A DNA stretch of 64,000 nucleotides from Lachnospiraceae bacterium. Lineage in GTDB: Bacteria; Bacillota; Clostridia; Lachnospirales; Lachnospiraceae. The notes below the pieces were generated by a model. The model was not told where the DNA came from. It saw only the letters and a list, made by a program, of their open reading frames with translations, and did not search any database. Of this stretch, positions 63,716 through 64,000 are shown piece after piece; the stretch's first letter is position 1, and every line of letters begins with the position of its first letter. The position numbers and the translations under genes are program-made. Location of the stretch: NCBI GenBank assembly GCA_021202465.1, contig JAJQCZ010000033.1:18616-82615 (forward strand). Direction: 5' to 3'.

Positions 63716-64000
63716 TCCTCAAGCGCATGATAGAGCAGTTTTACCACCCGTTCCGTCGAATGCCCGTCAAAATCATCGAAGAAGCGCCGGGCAAACGCGG
63801 GAACCTTTTCTTCTGCGAAATCCTCCTTTACGATCGCACGCTGCAGCATCTCCTGCGTGAAGAAGAAATGTCCGGGAACAAACGTCTCAAAATCAAAATA
63901 GAAATCCCGGTCCTTCATATATTCTCTCAGATCGAACGTATAGAACATCATGGGAATATTTAACAGCGACGCTTCAAATACAAGCGACGAGTAATCAGTA
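63712..64000 (-). CDS. CDP-glycerol glycerophosphotransferase (TagB/TagF family), C-terminal part (gene runs off the right edge)
   Basis: The frame is open to the window edge and reads ...TDYSSLVFEASLLNIPMMFYTFDLREY...FVPG, a TagF-family C-terminal motif. Confidence 0.7.
   Translation of the reverse strand, partial: TDYSSLVFEASLLNIPMMFYTFDLREYMKDRDFYFDFETFVPGHFFFTQEMLQRAIVKEDFAEEKVPAFARRFFDDFDGHSTERVVKLLYHALEE

Overview
This window looks like a chromosomal segment of a high-GC, endospore-forming Firmicute (Clostridia-like), since spoVAD/spoVAE, cotJABC, a spoVB-like flippase and sigA are present. Most of it is housekeeping. It carries dapA (partial), a csbB/gtrB-like GT2 gene coupled to yfhO, argH, yigZ, a class A PBP, an ABC-F ATPase, rpoD, a DagK-family kinase and mutY. 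It also carries DUF1015, radA, clpC, ilvB-ilvD-leuB, yajC, tgt, two CNNM/CorC genes, an acyltransferase and a TagF-like fragment. The core is interrupted at about 11.8-34.2 kb by a visibly lower-GC accessory block. That block holds a minus-strand sortase-dependent pilus/adhesin operon. In order it encodes a catalytically dead recombinase paralogue, a Cys-repeat coiled-coil protein, a type I signal peptidase and a 959-aa LPGTG pilin. These are followed by a class C sortase, a 257-aa LPQTG pilin, a short second sortase and a 3152-aa LPKSG giant adhesin. Downstream are two near-identical Rpn/PD-(D/E)XK 'transposase' genes bracketing a promoterless 3' adhesin fragment. The main finding lies immediately upstream of the operon, between an intact tyrosine recombinase gene and its dead paralogue. 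There, a 312-bp non-coding segment is bounded by perfect 26-bp inverted repeats with a lox-like arm-spacer-arm layout. It contains a near-consensus promoter (TTGTAA-17-TATAAT) preceded by phased A-tracts, and the promoter currently points away from the operon. I read this as a candidate invertible phase switch captured in the OFF orientation. Other items are a DinJ-YoeB pair, a DUF3990 (PARP/ART-like motifs) plus XRE-HTH gene pair, and a radA-coupled DHFR-like/secreted nuclease pair. I saw no rRNA, tRNA or CRISPR array. Coordinates that I read by eye from the sequence (hairpins, promoters, repeats) may be off by 1-2 nt. CDS coordinates are anchored to the ORF track.
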